DNA of 60,000 bases, taken from contig NW_024704742.1 of assembly GCF_018977255.1 (NCBI RefSeq), positions 15,874,001 through 15,934,000 of the forward strand. Reading direction: 5' to 3'. The notes below the pieces were generated by a model, which ran no database searches, had not been told where the DNA came from, and was given only the letters and a program-made list of their open reading frames with translations. The DNA comes from Callorhinchus milii. Lineage: Eukaryota. The translations under genes were made by a program, and so were the position numbers. Shown one piece after another: positions 13,405 through 25,177 of this stretch (its first letter is position 1; each line of letters begins with the position of its first letter).

Positions 13405-13797
13405 GAACCACAACAACTTGGATTTATATAGTGCCCTCCACGCCGGACGGTGTCTCAGAGCCCTTTACAGTAACGGATCCCGCCGAGCCAGGGGGAGGGG
13501 GAGGAAGGTGACCAAAGGCGCGGTCAAGGAGAAAGGTCTTCAGCAGTGACCTGAAAATAGGAAGAGAAGGGAGCGAGGCGAAGGGAGTGAGGAAGGGAAT
13601 TCCAGAGCCTCGGGACATAGTGGCTGAAGACACGGCCGCCGAGGGTGGAGCGGAGGACTCGAGGGATGAGGAGGAGGCCAGACCCGGAGGAACGAAGGCA
13701 ATGGGTATTGTTTTGAGGAGAGAGGAGGTCAGAGAGGTAGGGGGCTGCAGTGGAGTGGAGGGATTTGAATACAAGGGTGAGGATCTTGAAGTTGAAC
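13405..13797 (-). mobile_element. L2 LINE 3' fragment
   Basis: ORF 13524-13799 FKILTLVFKSLHSTAAPYLSDLL..LRSSGSGLL..RLWNSLP; caacaacttg tail. Same subfamily as 1-1495. Confidence 0.92.
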
Positions 13798-14748
13798 AAT
13801 AAACATAAGAAGTCACTTACNAAAAAATTATCAAGTGTTGACTGCTTTAGTCAGTTTGTGCTCAAAAAGTGTTGTCAATTTTATTAATTAGTCCAAACTA
13901 TTCTTCTGTATTTTGGAATGCTTGTAGCTCTAATGTAAACATATATTATTTCACAAATCATCTCTGTTATGCACTGTAGAAGTAATTTAATTTACTTTGA
14001 TCGTGTAGAAACTGACTCAGACAATTTTTTTTATGATCTTCATTGATCTATCATTTGCATTTCTTGTGCTCCACTCAGTCTGCAGAAATATCTCAGAAAA
14101 ATAAATATTGCAGTAAGTTCTCACAAGTCCAGTCCAAATGGTGTATCACAGTTGACACATCACTATTTAATTGGTAATTTCAGAAGTACTGAATGTATCT
14201 TTGGTGCATTATTTTGAACTATATCAAGTCTAGGATCGACAAATCCTACATATATTTTGCCTTATCCTACCAAATACTGTGGAACTATAGTATTTCATCA
14301 ATCGGATATTGGAATACAGAAGAATCAAGGAACAGAAGGGTACGACATAGTACACGCTCTAGCATAGTGTACTCTTACCATAGAGTAAAACACAGCAAAC
14401 TATTTGGTTTCCAAGGAGAAACATACAAATCTAATGAACAATAGAATTTATAAATTTAGCATTTTTTAAACTAGACTTATCAGTATCACAGCCTGTCTGC
14501 AATATCTTCACCTTAGATAAGGATTAAAATTGTGGTTCCACACCTTTTTCTTTAGGCCTGACTGAATCATGTTATCTCAATATAAAGGAGCTTTGTACCT
14601 TCTAATCCAAAATTTGTTTGTAGAATTGCACTTCAATACTTTATTTTCAAACTGATTTGCATCAGTGAAAATGGAGTGACTTCGAGCATTGCAATTTGGG
14701 TTGAAAAATGGGGATACCTGCATTTTGATTTTATTTTATTGCATTTTT

Positions 14749-15072
14749 ATAATAATAATAATAATAATCCTTGCATTTGATATAGCGCTTTTCACGTTGG
14801 AAGGACGTCCCAAAGCGCTTCACAGAACACACTGTAAAGTGAATTGACTGTAAATTTGTGGGCGAACGCGGTAGCCAATTGCGCACAGCAATGTCCCACA
14901 AACAGTCGTAGATTGAAAATGACCAATTTTATTATTGTTTTTGGTTTTGGAGGGATTATTATTAGGCGTGTGGAGTAAGGAAACTTGCCCAAGGTTTCGC
15001 CCTGACTGGAATTGAACTCAGGTCTCTCGCTTGCAAAGCGAGTGGTCTAACCACTGAGCTACAGGGCTCCAC
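14749..15072 (-). mobile_element. tRNA-Ala-derived SINE, full length, young subfamily
   Basis: Head gtggagccctgtagctcagtggttaga..ctcgctttgcaagcgag..gagttcaattcc (A box, TGC anticodon loop, B box), Deu-derived body, (ATT)n tail. Confidence 0.92.
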
Positions 15073-15467
15073 ATTATGAAAATTCACAAACTAACTATTT
15101 GTCCTTGATCATTCCCAGTATGTCAGATGTGGCATTAAAAGCATTATGAAGACACAAAAAATCAACAAACCTACTTCTTTTAAATAAGAAGAGCTATTCA
15201 TTTAATGGTAATTTGAGGCATTAGAGGTTATCTTTCCATTGTGAGCAAAGGTAATTTTTTTTGCTTCTAGTCCTATGTGGAGACCATTCTGTATGCACTG
15301 TTATCCTGAGTGACTTAGATGCAAGAATGACTAATTTATCTTCTGACCTCACCAAATATGTTACCATAATATGACTTAAATAACACACTGTCTAGTACAA
15401 CAGTACTTGATTTTAGAAACCTTCCTCCATATCAGTAAATCCATCAAAGCTGTTAGTTCTTGCTATT

Positions 15468-16125
15468 TTACAACAACAACAACTTGCACTTATAACGCGT
15501 CCTCCACACAGGGTAGCTTCTCAGAGCGCTTAAGATTGGTGGTGCCTGACTCCGAGCCGCAGGGGAGATGACCGTGAGCATGGTCGAAAAGGAAGGTTTT
15601 CAGGTGGTACTTGATAAAGGGGAGAGAGGGGGCAAGGCAGAGGGATTGAGGGAGAGTTTCTTTTACAACAACAGCAAATTGCATTTATGTAGTGCCTTCC
15701 ACATCAGGAGTTGTTCCCAAGGCGCTGGACAGTGAATGGTTTGTACCCGAGCTACAGGTTGGGTTCAGTGATGAGTGGAGGCCAAGGGCGGTGGAGGAGG
15801 AAAGTTGACCGAAGGCACAGTCAAAAAGAAAGTCTTGGGATGGAGCTTGAAAGAGTCAAGGGAGGGGGTGAGGTGGAGGGCTCCGGGAAGGAATTCCCAA
15901 GAGTGGGAGCAGAAATCTGAAGGCCAAACACTCAGTGCTGCAGTGAGCAGGGTAGGGGACATGGAGCAGGTGCGTGCCCACCAAGCAGAGGGAGCAGACA
16001 GGTTGGTAAAGGTTTATTAGGTTGCAGAGATAGGAGGAAAATCTTGGAGGGCTTTAAATGTGATGTCGAGGATCTTGAACTCCATAATCTGTGGGATGGG
16101 GAGTCAGTGAAGTCGGGCAAGGAAT
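15468..16125 (-). mobile_element. Two tandem L2 3' fragments of different subfamilies (15468-15660; 15665-16125)
   Basis: Two separate caacaac tails, each followed by antisense KTFLFD-type ORF2 ends. Confidence 0.85.
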
Positions 16126-16484
16126 CAATCACCCCTCCCCCATTCTTGCCTGAATATCCCATACACTGAAATACACTGGAAGAAATATCTTATCCTGACT
16201 TATAGCCTGGCCATGAAAACCAATTGTAAACTCAAACCATTTTCTGATAGTATGCTCTTGAATCTCCTAGGGCTTGCTTCCTAGAGAATATTTTTCCATT
16301 GGTATAAAAGCAGTGTTTATTTTTTCACTCTGTGCTACAATGCAGCACTGTTATTTTATAGTTCCTCCTGCTGCAATTCAGCCCGAGGTTAATATTTAAA
16401 TGGCTTCATCCACAACATCAGTGCTGGTTTCTTTGCTGAATAGCTGTAGACCACAACAGTATAGATCCAAATGGCAGGAAAAGT

Positions 16485-16610
16485 TAAGAAATTCCACTGA
16501 GTCTAGCTTTATTCTATTTTTGCAGCATTTCAGACCATCCAGAATTAAGCAAGTTCTTAAATTCTAAAATTATTTTCAGAACAACAGGAAACCTGCTTCA
16601 AAGTTAATAC
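16485..16610 (+). mobile_element. Partial copy of MITE family A (left arm)
   Basis: agaaattccactgagtctagctttattctatttttgcagcatttcagaccatccagaatt aligns to the arms at 11707 and 59074. Confidence 0.6.
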
Positions 16611-17679
16611 TGATGTCAATAATAATTGCCTCATCACATTGTTGAGATGTCTCGAAGCGCTTCAAAGGTGTTTACTGTGAAGTGGGTGACTATGTATTTG
16701 TGGGCAAACAGTTTATAAATCAACACAGCATAATAGTTTATTAATGCTCTAAAAGTAATTACTTTTTATCCCTTTGAGAAAACAATTTTGTCTCATCACA
16801 ATTATTCACAAACACGATGGCACCTGACTTGGTTGAACAATTAAAATCTGGCAATGACAAACAATGGCACTTCAGATTTGTTGTAAGAAGACCTCAATCA
16901 GGTGCTAAAACTGACACTTCAAAAGATAAAATAGTTTCTTTCATCTTCACCTTCGTCTGTTAATTTATGAGTTGTAAGAGCGCATAAAGATTTATAATCT
17001 GTAATTCTGGATTCACTTCGTTCATGATTCTTTTTGATATTCTCTAGGTGACTGCTAAATAAAGTTTTTTCTCCATTTCTCAAATAATAAATAGTTCTAG
17101 AATATGCAAAAGCAAGATACCATCTTAAGCTTTCTTCCACGATAATAATTTAAGTTTCATAATGCTGGGTAACGCCCAAGGCTACACCCGATCTAAGTAG
17201 TTCAGCTGGAGGACAGATAATTAGATTGACAGGCTAATAAAAATACACTGCCACCTTCTAGATAAGTATCACAGCTGTTACTATTGGCTGTTTTGCCTGC
17301 AGACAAAGAGCCTATAGTATGCCAGATAATATCTCTCATATGCAGTGTTACTGACCTATTTTCACTGCTACTCAAATGAGGCATGAGAGTACTGCAAAAT
17401 GGACTGTTTTCCATGTACGTGACATTGGCTGCGTGTTCCCACCAGCTCAAGAACAATGTTAACCATGTTAGCTTCTCACACAGTAAAGATTAGAACACTT
17501 CTCGGATATAAATTGTTCTTTAAGAGGTAAATGCTTTTATGTGTCCCTCAGTGGAATTTTGAAGGAAATTCATCAAAGTTGGATCAATATAGATTTGGAT
17601 TCCAGTGCAGTTTTTTACATTTGTTCTCCAAACTGCCTGTGTGGTCAAAACGTTTGCTCAGATCCATGTCTTGCATTTT

Positions 17680-17870
17680 GTCAGCTGGGCTCATTTGGTA
17701 GCATTCTCACCTCCATGCTGTGGACTCATGCTTCACTTAAAGACCTGAACTCCTAATCTAGGCTGACGCAAAGTGGAGTGCTGAAGGAACACTACATTTT
17801 TGGTGGTGCCATCCTTTGTAAGAGACAACATGATAACGCACTATATCAAATGCAAGCATTATTATTATTA
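17680..17870 (+). mobile_element. DeuSINE head fragment joined to a SINE tail
   Basis: gtcagctgggctcatttggtagcattctcacctc..taatctaggctgac..ggtgccatcc, then ctatatcaaatgcaagcattattatt. Confidence 0.7.
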
Positions 17871-17898
17871 GATAGAATCTGTAGCTCGACAGCTACAG

Positions 17899-18222
17899 TG
17901 TGGAGTCCTGTAGCTCAGTGGTTAGAGCATTCGCTTAGCAAGCGAGAGACCTGAGTTCGATCCCCGGCAGGGCAAAACCTTGGGCAAGTTTACTTACTCC
18001 ACACAAACACCTGATAATAATCCCTCAAGAAAAAAATAAATAAAAATAATTTGGTCATTTCAATCCACGACTGTTCATGGACCACTGCTGTGTGCAATTG
18101 GCTGCCGTATTTCGCCTAAAAATATACAATCAATTCACTTTACAGTATATTCTGTGAAGTGCTTTGAGTTGTCTAGAAGACGTGAAAAGCGCTATATCAA
18201 ATGCAAGGATTATTATTATTAT
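17899..18222 (+). mobile_element. tRNA-Ala-derived SINE, full length, intermediate subfamily
   Basis: tgtggagtcctgtagctcagtggttagagc..gagttcgatccc head; 3' gtctagaagacgtgaaaagcgctatatcaaatgcaagg(att)n. Confidence 0.92.
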
Positions 18223-19214
18223 AATTTGAGTCCTAAAAATAGTATAATTTACCACATAAAGGGACATTTTCTGAGGGTAAATGGGTCTTGTTTGTGATTG
18301 GAGGAATCATATTTTCATCGACAAATACATTTGAACTAATACAAACTACATTGGGCAAGTTGGCACCTCAGTAGACATAGCATAAAGTGTGACACAAACA
18401 TGTCACTGTGTCTGAACCAGGGATTGGTTGGTGTCAAACTACAATGCAGCACTGTGTCTCTGTTTAATTTGTAGCATTTCCTAAAAGGATTCCTTAATAA
18501 GTTTATTTCAGTTTTCCTGACCAAAAATCCACCGATTAAAAAAAAATGAGCATTCATTTCATATGTTTATGGGACATTGTTGTGCACAAATTGGCTGCAG
18601 CATTCACCTACAAATAGTCACTGCACTTTACATAAACCTGAAGTGCAGAGAGATAAGAAATTACATTAAATGTAAGTTATTGTACAGAAACAATTATAAT
18701 CTCAGCATTTTCAAAATGCTTCAGGCTGTCTCATATCTATGCCATGTTGAACCTTTTGACTTAATTATGCAGCATATTCAGGGCATGGTTTAAAGCACTG
18801 AAACATGTGGCTCAAGGAGAACTGGACAATTCTGGCGTCCAGAAGTTCAATATCTTGACAAGTTGCAAGTAGGTTCAAATAAATACAGTAGTAAAATGTC
18901 TCATTATTAATGATCTGAATTCCAATTTTTCTCAGTACTTAATATCTTTATGTACAGGATGTTTATTTGGTGCTGGTATGTCTGGAGTCAGCACAGTGTC
19001 GTGTAACTACTGGAGAGAATCTGAATCAGCAGCAGTTAAATGTCACCTTTGACATCTATCTTTACTCCGATGGGCCGTGAATGTGACTTTCAGCTCTTAC
19101 CTCAGATTGTTTGTTCAGCTTCAATTTGTTTCTCTAGGACATTCGGTCTGAGAATAGCTAGTTGTGTATATCACACATAAGAAGTACAAACTGCATTAGC
19201 ATTAAAAGAGTATC

Positions 19215-19583
19215 TAATAATAATAATCCTTGCATTTAATATTGTGCCTTATTACGTCATTAGGATGTGTAAAAGTGTTTCACAGAAGGTACTGTAAACT
19301 GAACTGAATGTATATTTTGTGGGTGAAACGTGGCAGTCAATTGCGCACAGCAGTGTCTCACAGACAGTTGTAGATTGAGGGACCAAATTATTATTTTGAA
19401 GGGATTGTTTCCGCCGGAAACCGATCCACCAAGTGACTAACACCTGGGATTCTAGTTACTGCTAGGCAAATACAGGGGTATGGTGTAAGGAAACTTGTCT
19501 ACAATTTCATCCTGCCTAGCAATCGAACCCTGGTCCTCTCGCTTGCAAGTCGAGTGCTCTAAACGGTATGCTACAGGACTCCA
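19215..19583 (-). mobile_element. tRNA-Ala-derived SINE, old long subfamily
   Basis: Same head and tail, plus an extra central segment of about 60 nt (19411-19480) shared with the copies at 33087 and 41790. Confidence 0.85.
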
Positions 19584-19767
19584 AATAGCTAACAGTTAGC
19601 TAACATTACTGTATTTTTTCTGGAGCTTATTGAATCTACAGGGTGAAAAATGCAGTATGTAATCTGCTAAATATCACACTATAAGTGGTAGTAATGATGA
19701 TGATCATATTGTGGAACTCTCTATGTCTAATGAAAGCTACCGTTGGGGGAAGATAGTTATACTTTTT

Positions 19768-21190
19768 TCACAAGATCACAAAATCACAAAATTGGTCTGG
19801 ATGAAGAAAGCCCTTCGGTCTATCCAATCTCATCCCTCCAGAAGACTCACCCTGCTGCCCCCTATCTCTCTTCCTCACATCACTACATGAAGCTGCTTTT
19901 TAAATGAATCTAGTATCCTGGCCTCTATCACCTTTCCTGGCAACTTGTTCCAGTTGTTGATTACCCTCTGCATACATAAAAAAATTCCTGCTATCTGTCC
20001 TGAAGAAATTTCCCTTTGCAACTCTAAATCTATGTCCTCTTGTTCTACGGACATGATCCATCCTAAAGTATGGATCTAGGTTTACTTTTCAATTCCATTT
20101 AAAATTCTGTGCACCTCTATGAGGTCCCTTCTGAGCTTGTCTTCTCTCAAGACTGAACAACCCTAGCTTGTCTAATGGGAACACTCAGCAGGTCAGGCAG
20201 CATCTATGGAAAAAGGAAAGTGAGTCAAAGTTTAGGGTCCATGAGCCTGTGTCAGAACAGGCCTTTCTCCACAGATGCTGCCTGACCTGCTGAGTGTTCC
20301 CAGCGACTTCTGTTTTTGTTTTAGATTTCCAGCATCTGCAGTATTTTGCGTTTTGTCTAGCTTGCCTAATCATTACTCACAGTTCATCCCTCTCACATTG
20401 GGGATCTAATAGCTTTGAGACATCTCAACGACATGATAATGCACTATATCAATTGCAAGGATTATTATTATTATTATGTTCTAAATTGTTGTTATATTAT
20501 CATCCTTGTTGCTCTCCTCTACACTGCCTCTAGATCCTAGATAGCTCCCTTATTTCACGGTGAACAGAATTGTATGTAGCATTCAAGGTTCGATCTTATT
20601 AGAGCACAGTATAGCCTGAGAATATCTGGGAATCTAAACTCAACTGATATAACAATATAGCCAGTATCCTGTTTACTTTGTTAATTACTGCTCATGCTGT
20701 TTTGATAGAGTGAGCAGTGAGTCAACTAACACCCCAGATCTCTTTCAGCTTCCCGCTTGGCAAGTTCAGTTCCATCCATGGAGTATTTGTGTTTCCTATT
20801 CTTGGATCCTATATCTAGTACCTTGCATTTATCAGTATTAAACTTCATTTGCCAATTCTGAATCCACATCCATATCTTGCCCTTGATACCCAGTAACCAC
20901 AGATTGTGGAGTGGTGTTTCACAAGATATTTTGTCAAATACCTTTTGGAAGTCTATGTATACTAGATATATCATATGGCTTCCCACAATCGATTTGGGCT
21001 ATTGTCTCCTCAAAACTGTCTATGAATTTGGTCAGACAAAACCTATCCTTTCTAAACCTGTGTTGGCTGTCAATTATTAGATTACTTTCATATAGGTAAC
21101 CTTCCACTTCCTTTCTGATGATTGACTCCATAATTGTCCTGTTATTGAGGTCAGGTTACTGGGCCTATAGTTGCCAGGTTCAATTTTGAC
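19768..21190 (-). mobile_element. CR1 LINE 3' portion (RT to tail), decayed, carrying nested insertions
   Basis: YRPSNLTS..MESIIR..SQHRFRKDRFCLTKFIDSFEE..YIDFQKVFDKI..WQMKFNTDKCKVL..ERDLG; cacaagatcacaaaatcac tail. Confidence 0.9.
20177..20356. mobile_element. Penelope-like terminal-repeat relic with inverted arm, inserted in CR1 with 14-bp TSD
   Basis: 41-bp inverted arms 20176-20216 / 20262-20302 (2 mismatches). Flanking direct repeat ctagcttg(t/c)ctaat at 20163-20176 and 20357-20370. Family assignment is from recall of chondrichthyan Penelope termini. Confidence 0.72.
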
Positions 21191-21807
21191 ACCCTGGTTA
21201 CGATATTTGTAAATCTGTTAATAAATACCGTATCACAATTTAGCCCCTAGTGCAATACTCTCTAACCCAGTATCACAGTACTGACTGTATATTCATTGAC
21301 CTTACCTGGCAAATGTGAGTGACTTAACCATTGCTTGACTGCTGGCATTTTCCACCAACTGTTGCCATTATGTAATGGAAGAAAGTGAGTCAGCCAATTG
21401 TCTTTCTTAACTAATTGCTTTTGCAAAAGAAACAGGTTGTTATGGAAGGCAAAAAGGCCCTAGAAAAATCGATAATTAGTTCAAGAGGGCTGGATTGTAC
21501 AATTACTTTATTAAAGTACAATGAAGGTGTTTGTGGGCAGCAAAGGTGTAAATATCTGTTGAATGTCATCTCTGTCTGTTGATCTGCATTCTAAAAAGCA
21601 AACCTCTCACTGACCTTTCAAAGCTTCTGTGGATTGGACTGCCATTGCGTGCTTGTAGAGATTTTTAAACAGCCTGCGGGATGAAAGCCTGGAAGACATT
21701 CTTAACACCCACACATTCCTGAGTACACAGAGAATAATTTATACAAATCAATGCATTTCTATTTTGGAAAAGTATTCCACTCCAAACACAAGTGTATATT
21801 CTGCCTA

Positions 21808-22150
21808 ATAGAATCATAGAACAGAATTGTATAGAATTACATATGCTGTTACAGCATGGAAACAGGCAATCCAGTCTAACTACACCTTACCAGTGTTTAT
21901 AGTCAAGAAGAGTCAAGACACCCTTCCTAATCTCCTCCCCTATACAACTCTCCTATACCCTGCTCCCTCGTTTATGCATCAAGTTTCTTCTTAAATACAT
22001 TTTGATGCTTTTTGCTTCAGCCACAGCTTCTGGAAGTGAATTTCACATTCTCACATTCTCTTTGCATAAAGAGATTCTGATTAAATGCCCTTTTAGATCT
22101 GCTATTTTAGCTATTTTGTATATATGCTCCCTGAAAGTGGAAACAGGATG
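21808..22150 (-). mobile_element. CR1 LINE 3' UTR fragment
   Basis: atagaatcatagaacagaattg tail and body homologous to 10308-10760. Confidence 0.7.
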
Positions 22151-22459
22151 TCATTCTACTTTAATTTGATAGTGGCATCTGGAAGTAATCCTAACAGTAC
22201 TAGCCACCAGGTTGTGTTTTTAAAATAGATCCTGCCTGCTTATACTCTCTGTCAAGGCATTCTATTATTTCCATGTAATTCTCACTCAAACTTAACCTGA
22301 CTTTCCTTCCTCCCTTACGAAAAGCTTTTCCACCCATAAGTCTACAATTACTGTCACTGCACTAACTGACAATTGAGATATGTTGATGTTTAATTGTTTA
22401 TAGGGGCTATGTCAAAAGCAAAGATCATTATTCTTATTACAGTATTATTAGTAGTATTA

Positions 22460-22757
22460 TTGTCTCAATCCATGACTGTTTGTGAGACAATGCTGGGCAC
22501 AATTGGCTGCCAGATTTCGCCCACAAAATATGCAGTCAATTTACTTTACAGTATATTCTGTGAAGCGCTTTAAGTTTCAATGATCCGATAATAATATAAT
22601 AAAATAATCCTTGCATTTGATATAACGCTTTTCACGTCTTCTCAACGTCTCAAAGCGCTTCACAGAATAGACTGTAAAGTGAATTGACTGTATATTTGTG
22701 GGCAAAAGGCACTATATGAGGCACTATATCAAATGCAAAGATTATTATTATTATTAT
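22460..22757. mobile_element. SINE 3' part (+) interrupted by an antisense SINE 3' part (22590-22706)
   Basis: The plus copy breaks at ..ccgataa and resumes at aggcactatat..aaatgcaaagattatt. Confidence 0.85.
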
Positions 22758-23110
22758 CATGTCCGTTATCATGAGACAATATATTTATATGGAATTTCTG
22801 GTTGTAGAATCTCCAACATTACCACATGTTTGATCTCCTGATTGCCTTTGAATATTTGCACATGGGGAACAGTTGTGCCGTGGTCTGTTTGTGTTATTGC
22901 TCATGGTTATTCTGATCAGTTTGTAAGAACCAGCTGTTAATAATGTACTTTTCATGTAAAATAAGCATTTGTGCTGCTCAAGTAATGCATCTCCGGCTGT
23001 TATAAATATCATTTGGCAGAGCTGCCCTCAGACCGAGAAAGAGCAAAAACACAATTTCAAATTTCTTACCAAATGTCAGAGGAGAGTGAAAAAATATATA
23101 TTTTTGTACT

Positions 23111-23296
23111 AAAATAGAAATACTGGAAATGAACAACAGGTGAATCAGTGTCTGATTGAGAAAAATAGGCTAGCTTCTCGGAGTGACCTTTCATCAGAGT
23201 GTAATTGCTTCTGATGGAGGATCATATACAGAGCGTCATCTTAATTTTCTCTAAGATACTGACTGCCCTGCTATAGATTTCTAGCATTTCTGGTTT
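23111..23296. mobile_element. Old palindromic Penelope-like terminal-repeat relic
   Basis: Imperfect inverted arms (agaaatactggaaat.. / ..atttctagcatttct) around tcatcag..ctgatgg. Same architecture as 20177-20356. Confidence 0.6.
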
Positions 23297-23424
23297 GAGT
23301 CTTGTCTGGTCTCATCTATGCACAATACAAATCTCATTACATTAAGCAATCTGAATGGGACTCGGTCTGAGTTATTCACTCAGCACAGTTCCTGATAACA
23401 TCTAGTGCATCTAATGCTGGAGAT

Positions 23425-23605
23425 ATAATAATAATAATAATAATAAGAATAATCCTTGCATTTGATATAGCGCTTTTCACGTCTTCACAGAATATACTGT
23501 AAAGTGAATTGACTGTGTATATGTGGGCGAACCGGCAGCCAATTGCGCACCGCAATGTCCCACAAACAGTCATGGATTGAAAATGACCAACTTTATTATT
23601 GTTTT
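23425..23605 (-). mobile_element. SINE 3' half with deletion inside the 3' stem-loop
   Basis: gcgcttttcacgtc joined directly to ttcacagaatatactg; long (AAT)n. Confidence 0.88.
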
Positions 23606-24499
23606 GTTCATCTGCCAGATCGTAGACAATTGACGGTACTGTACAAAATGCTAATCTTTGAATAAAGAATAGTACAAATAGTTGTGATCAGCATGCATTT
23701 ATGAATGTTTATCAGCATTAAGTCTGTAAGAGTTGTATCATTGTTGTATTTTAATGTACACCTATATGTGTAAATGCTTATACTAAAATTGATTATACTT
23801 ATAACTGTTTATGAAAGGACCTTTCATAGCATGAACATGCTGAGGTTTGATTAGATTATTTCCCAGCACCCAATTTGTTCAGAGGGTACCATCATGCAAG
23901 AAACTGACAATACTGTCAGTGCAACAATATGACAGCTGGATGAGGACTGGTAACATTCTATATACTTGTTGCAAACTAAGGCTTGGTTTGGGGAACCTGA
24001 ACAATTGTGAACTGTTCGAAAGTGTTCGTTCTATTTGCCATAATTCAATACAATGTCTCCTCAAGGTTTTTATGAGTATCCTGAACCCCATGGAAAGCCA
24101 AGCCTCTGTGCAGTCAAACGAGACGCACAGAGAATGACAACCTATCCAGGATCACTGGCATTTACACACAAGCCTTTCATGCTGCAGTTGCACATTACCT
24201 AGGAAAGAATGAAATCCTTTTGCATTACGGTACTAGATTGCATTAATAAAGGAACTTTTATACCCATGTGAAAACATAACTGTACACCAGGCAAGTGACA
24301 TTATTGTAAAATCCAATTGGTATCGCTTGTCATCATAACAAATGTACCTGGGCAAAATGGGCAAAACATGACATTGGTCATCTGCTCTCCACTTCTGCTA
24401 ACTAACTCTGCATATGCTCTCCAGCTGGTCCCTGCAAGGATCCAGGAATATCAGCACAATTGTAATCTGCACTGCAACTGGCAAAACAATAGCAAGCAT

Positions 24500-24722
24500 G
24501 AAATAATAATCCTTCCATTTGATATAGTGGATCATCACATCATTGAGATGTCTCAAAGCGTTTCACAGAATATATTGTAAAGTAGATTGACTGTGTATTT
24601 TGTATTTTGTGGGTGAAAATACAGCAGTGAAACTTACCTAAGGTTTCATCCTGCCCAGGAATCATGTCTGGGTCCTCTCTGTTCCAAGGTGAGCATGCTA
24701 ACGATTACGCTAAGGAACTCCA
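24500..24722 (-). mobile_element. Internally deleted tRNA-derived SINE
   Basis: Tail at 24502 and decayed head (aaggtttcatcctgcccaggaatc..ctaaggaactcca); middle missing. Confidence 0.65.
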
Positions 24723-24727
24723 TCTAC

Positions 24728-25177
24728 TACAACAACAACAAGATTCCATTTATAGAGCGCCTTTCACGTCGGGAGGACGTCCCAAGGCGCTGTACAGTTG
24801 GGTCAGGACCCGAGCAGGGGGGAAATGGTCAGGGTGAGGGGAGGGAAGGGAGGGGGTGAGGAGGGGGTAGAGAGTCGAGAGAGGAGCTGAAGGCACGGTC
24901 AAAGAGAAAGGTTTTGAGACCGGCCTTGAAGGAGGAAAGGGAGGAGGCGGAGAAGGCACTGGGGGATAGAGTTCCAGAGTCTAGGGGCTGAGAGGCTGAA
25001 GGCCCGACCACCGATGGTAGGGCGGTTGGGGCGGGGGATGTGGAGCAGACCGGAGCCAGAGGAACGTAGGGTACGGGCAGGTAGGTAGGGGGATAGTAGG
25101 TCAGAGAGGTAGGAGGGAGCAAGGCCGTGAATGGCCTTGTAGGTGAGGATGAGGATCTTGAAATCGATCCTCTGGGG
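24728..25177 (-). mobile_element. Young L2 LINE 3' fragment
   Basis: Uninterrupted PQRIDFKILILTYKAIHGLAPSYLSDLLSPYLPARTLRSSGSGLLHIPRPNRPTIGGRAFSLSAPRLWNSIP; CpG-rich; (GTT)n tail. Confidence 0.95.
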
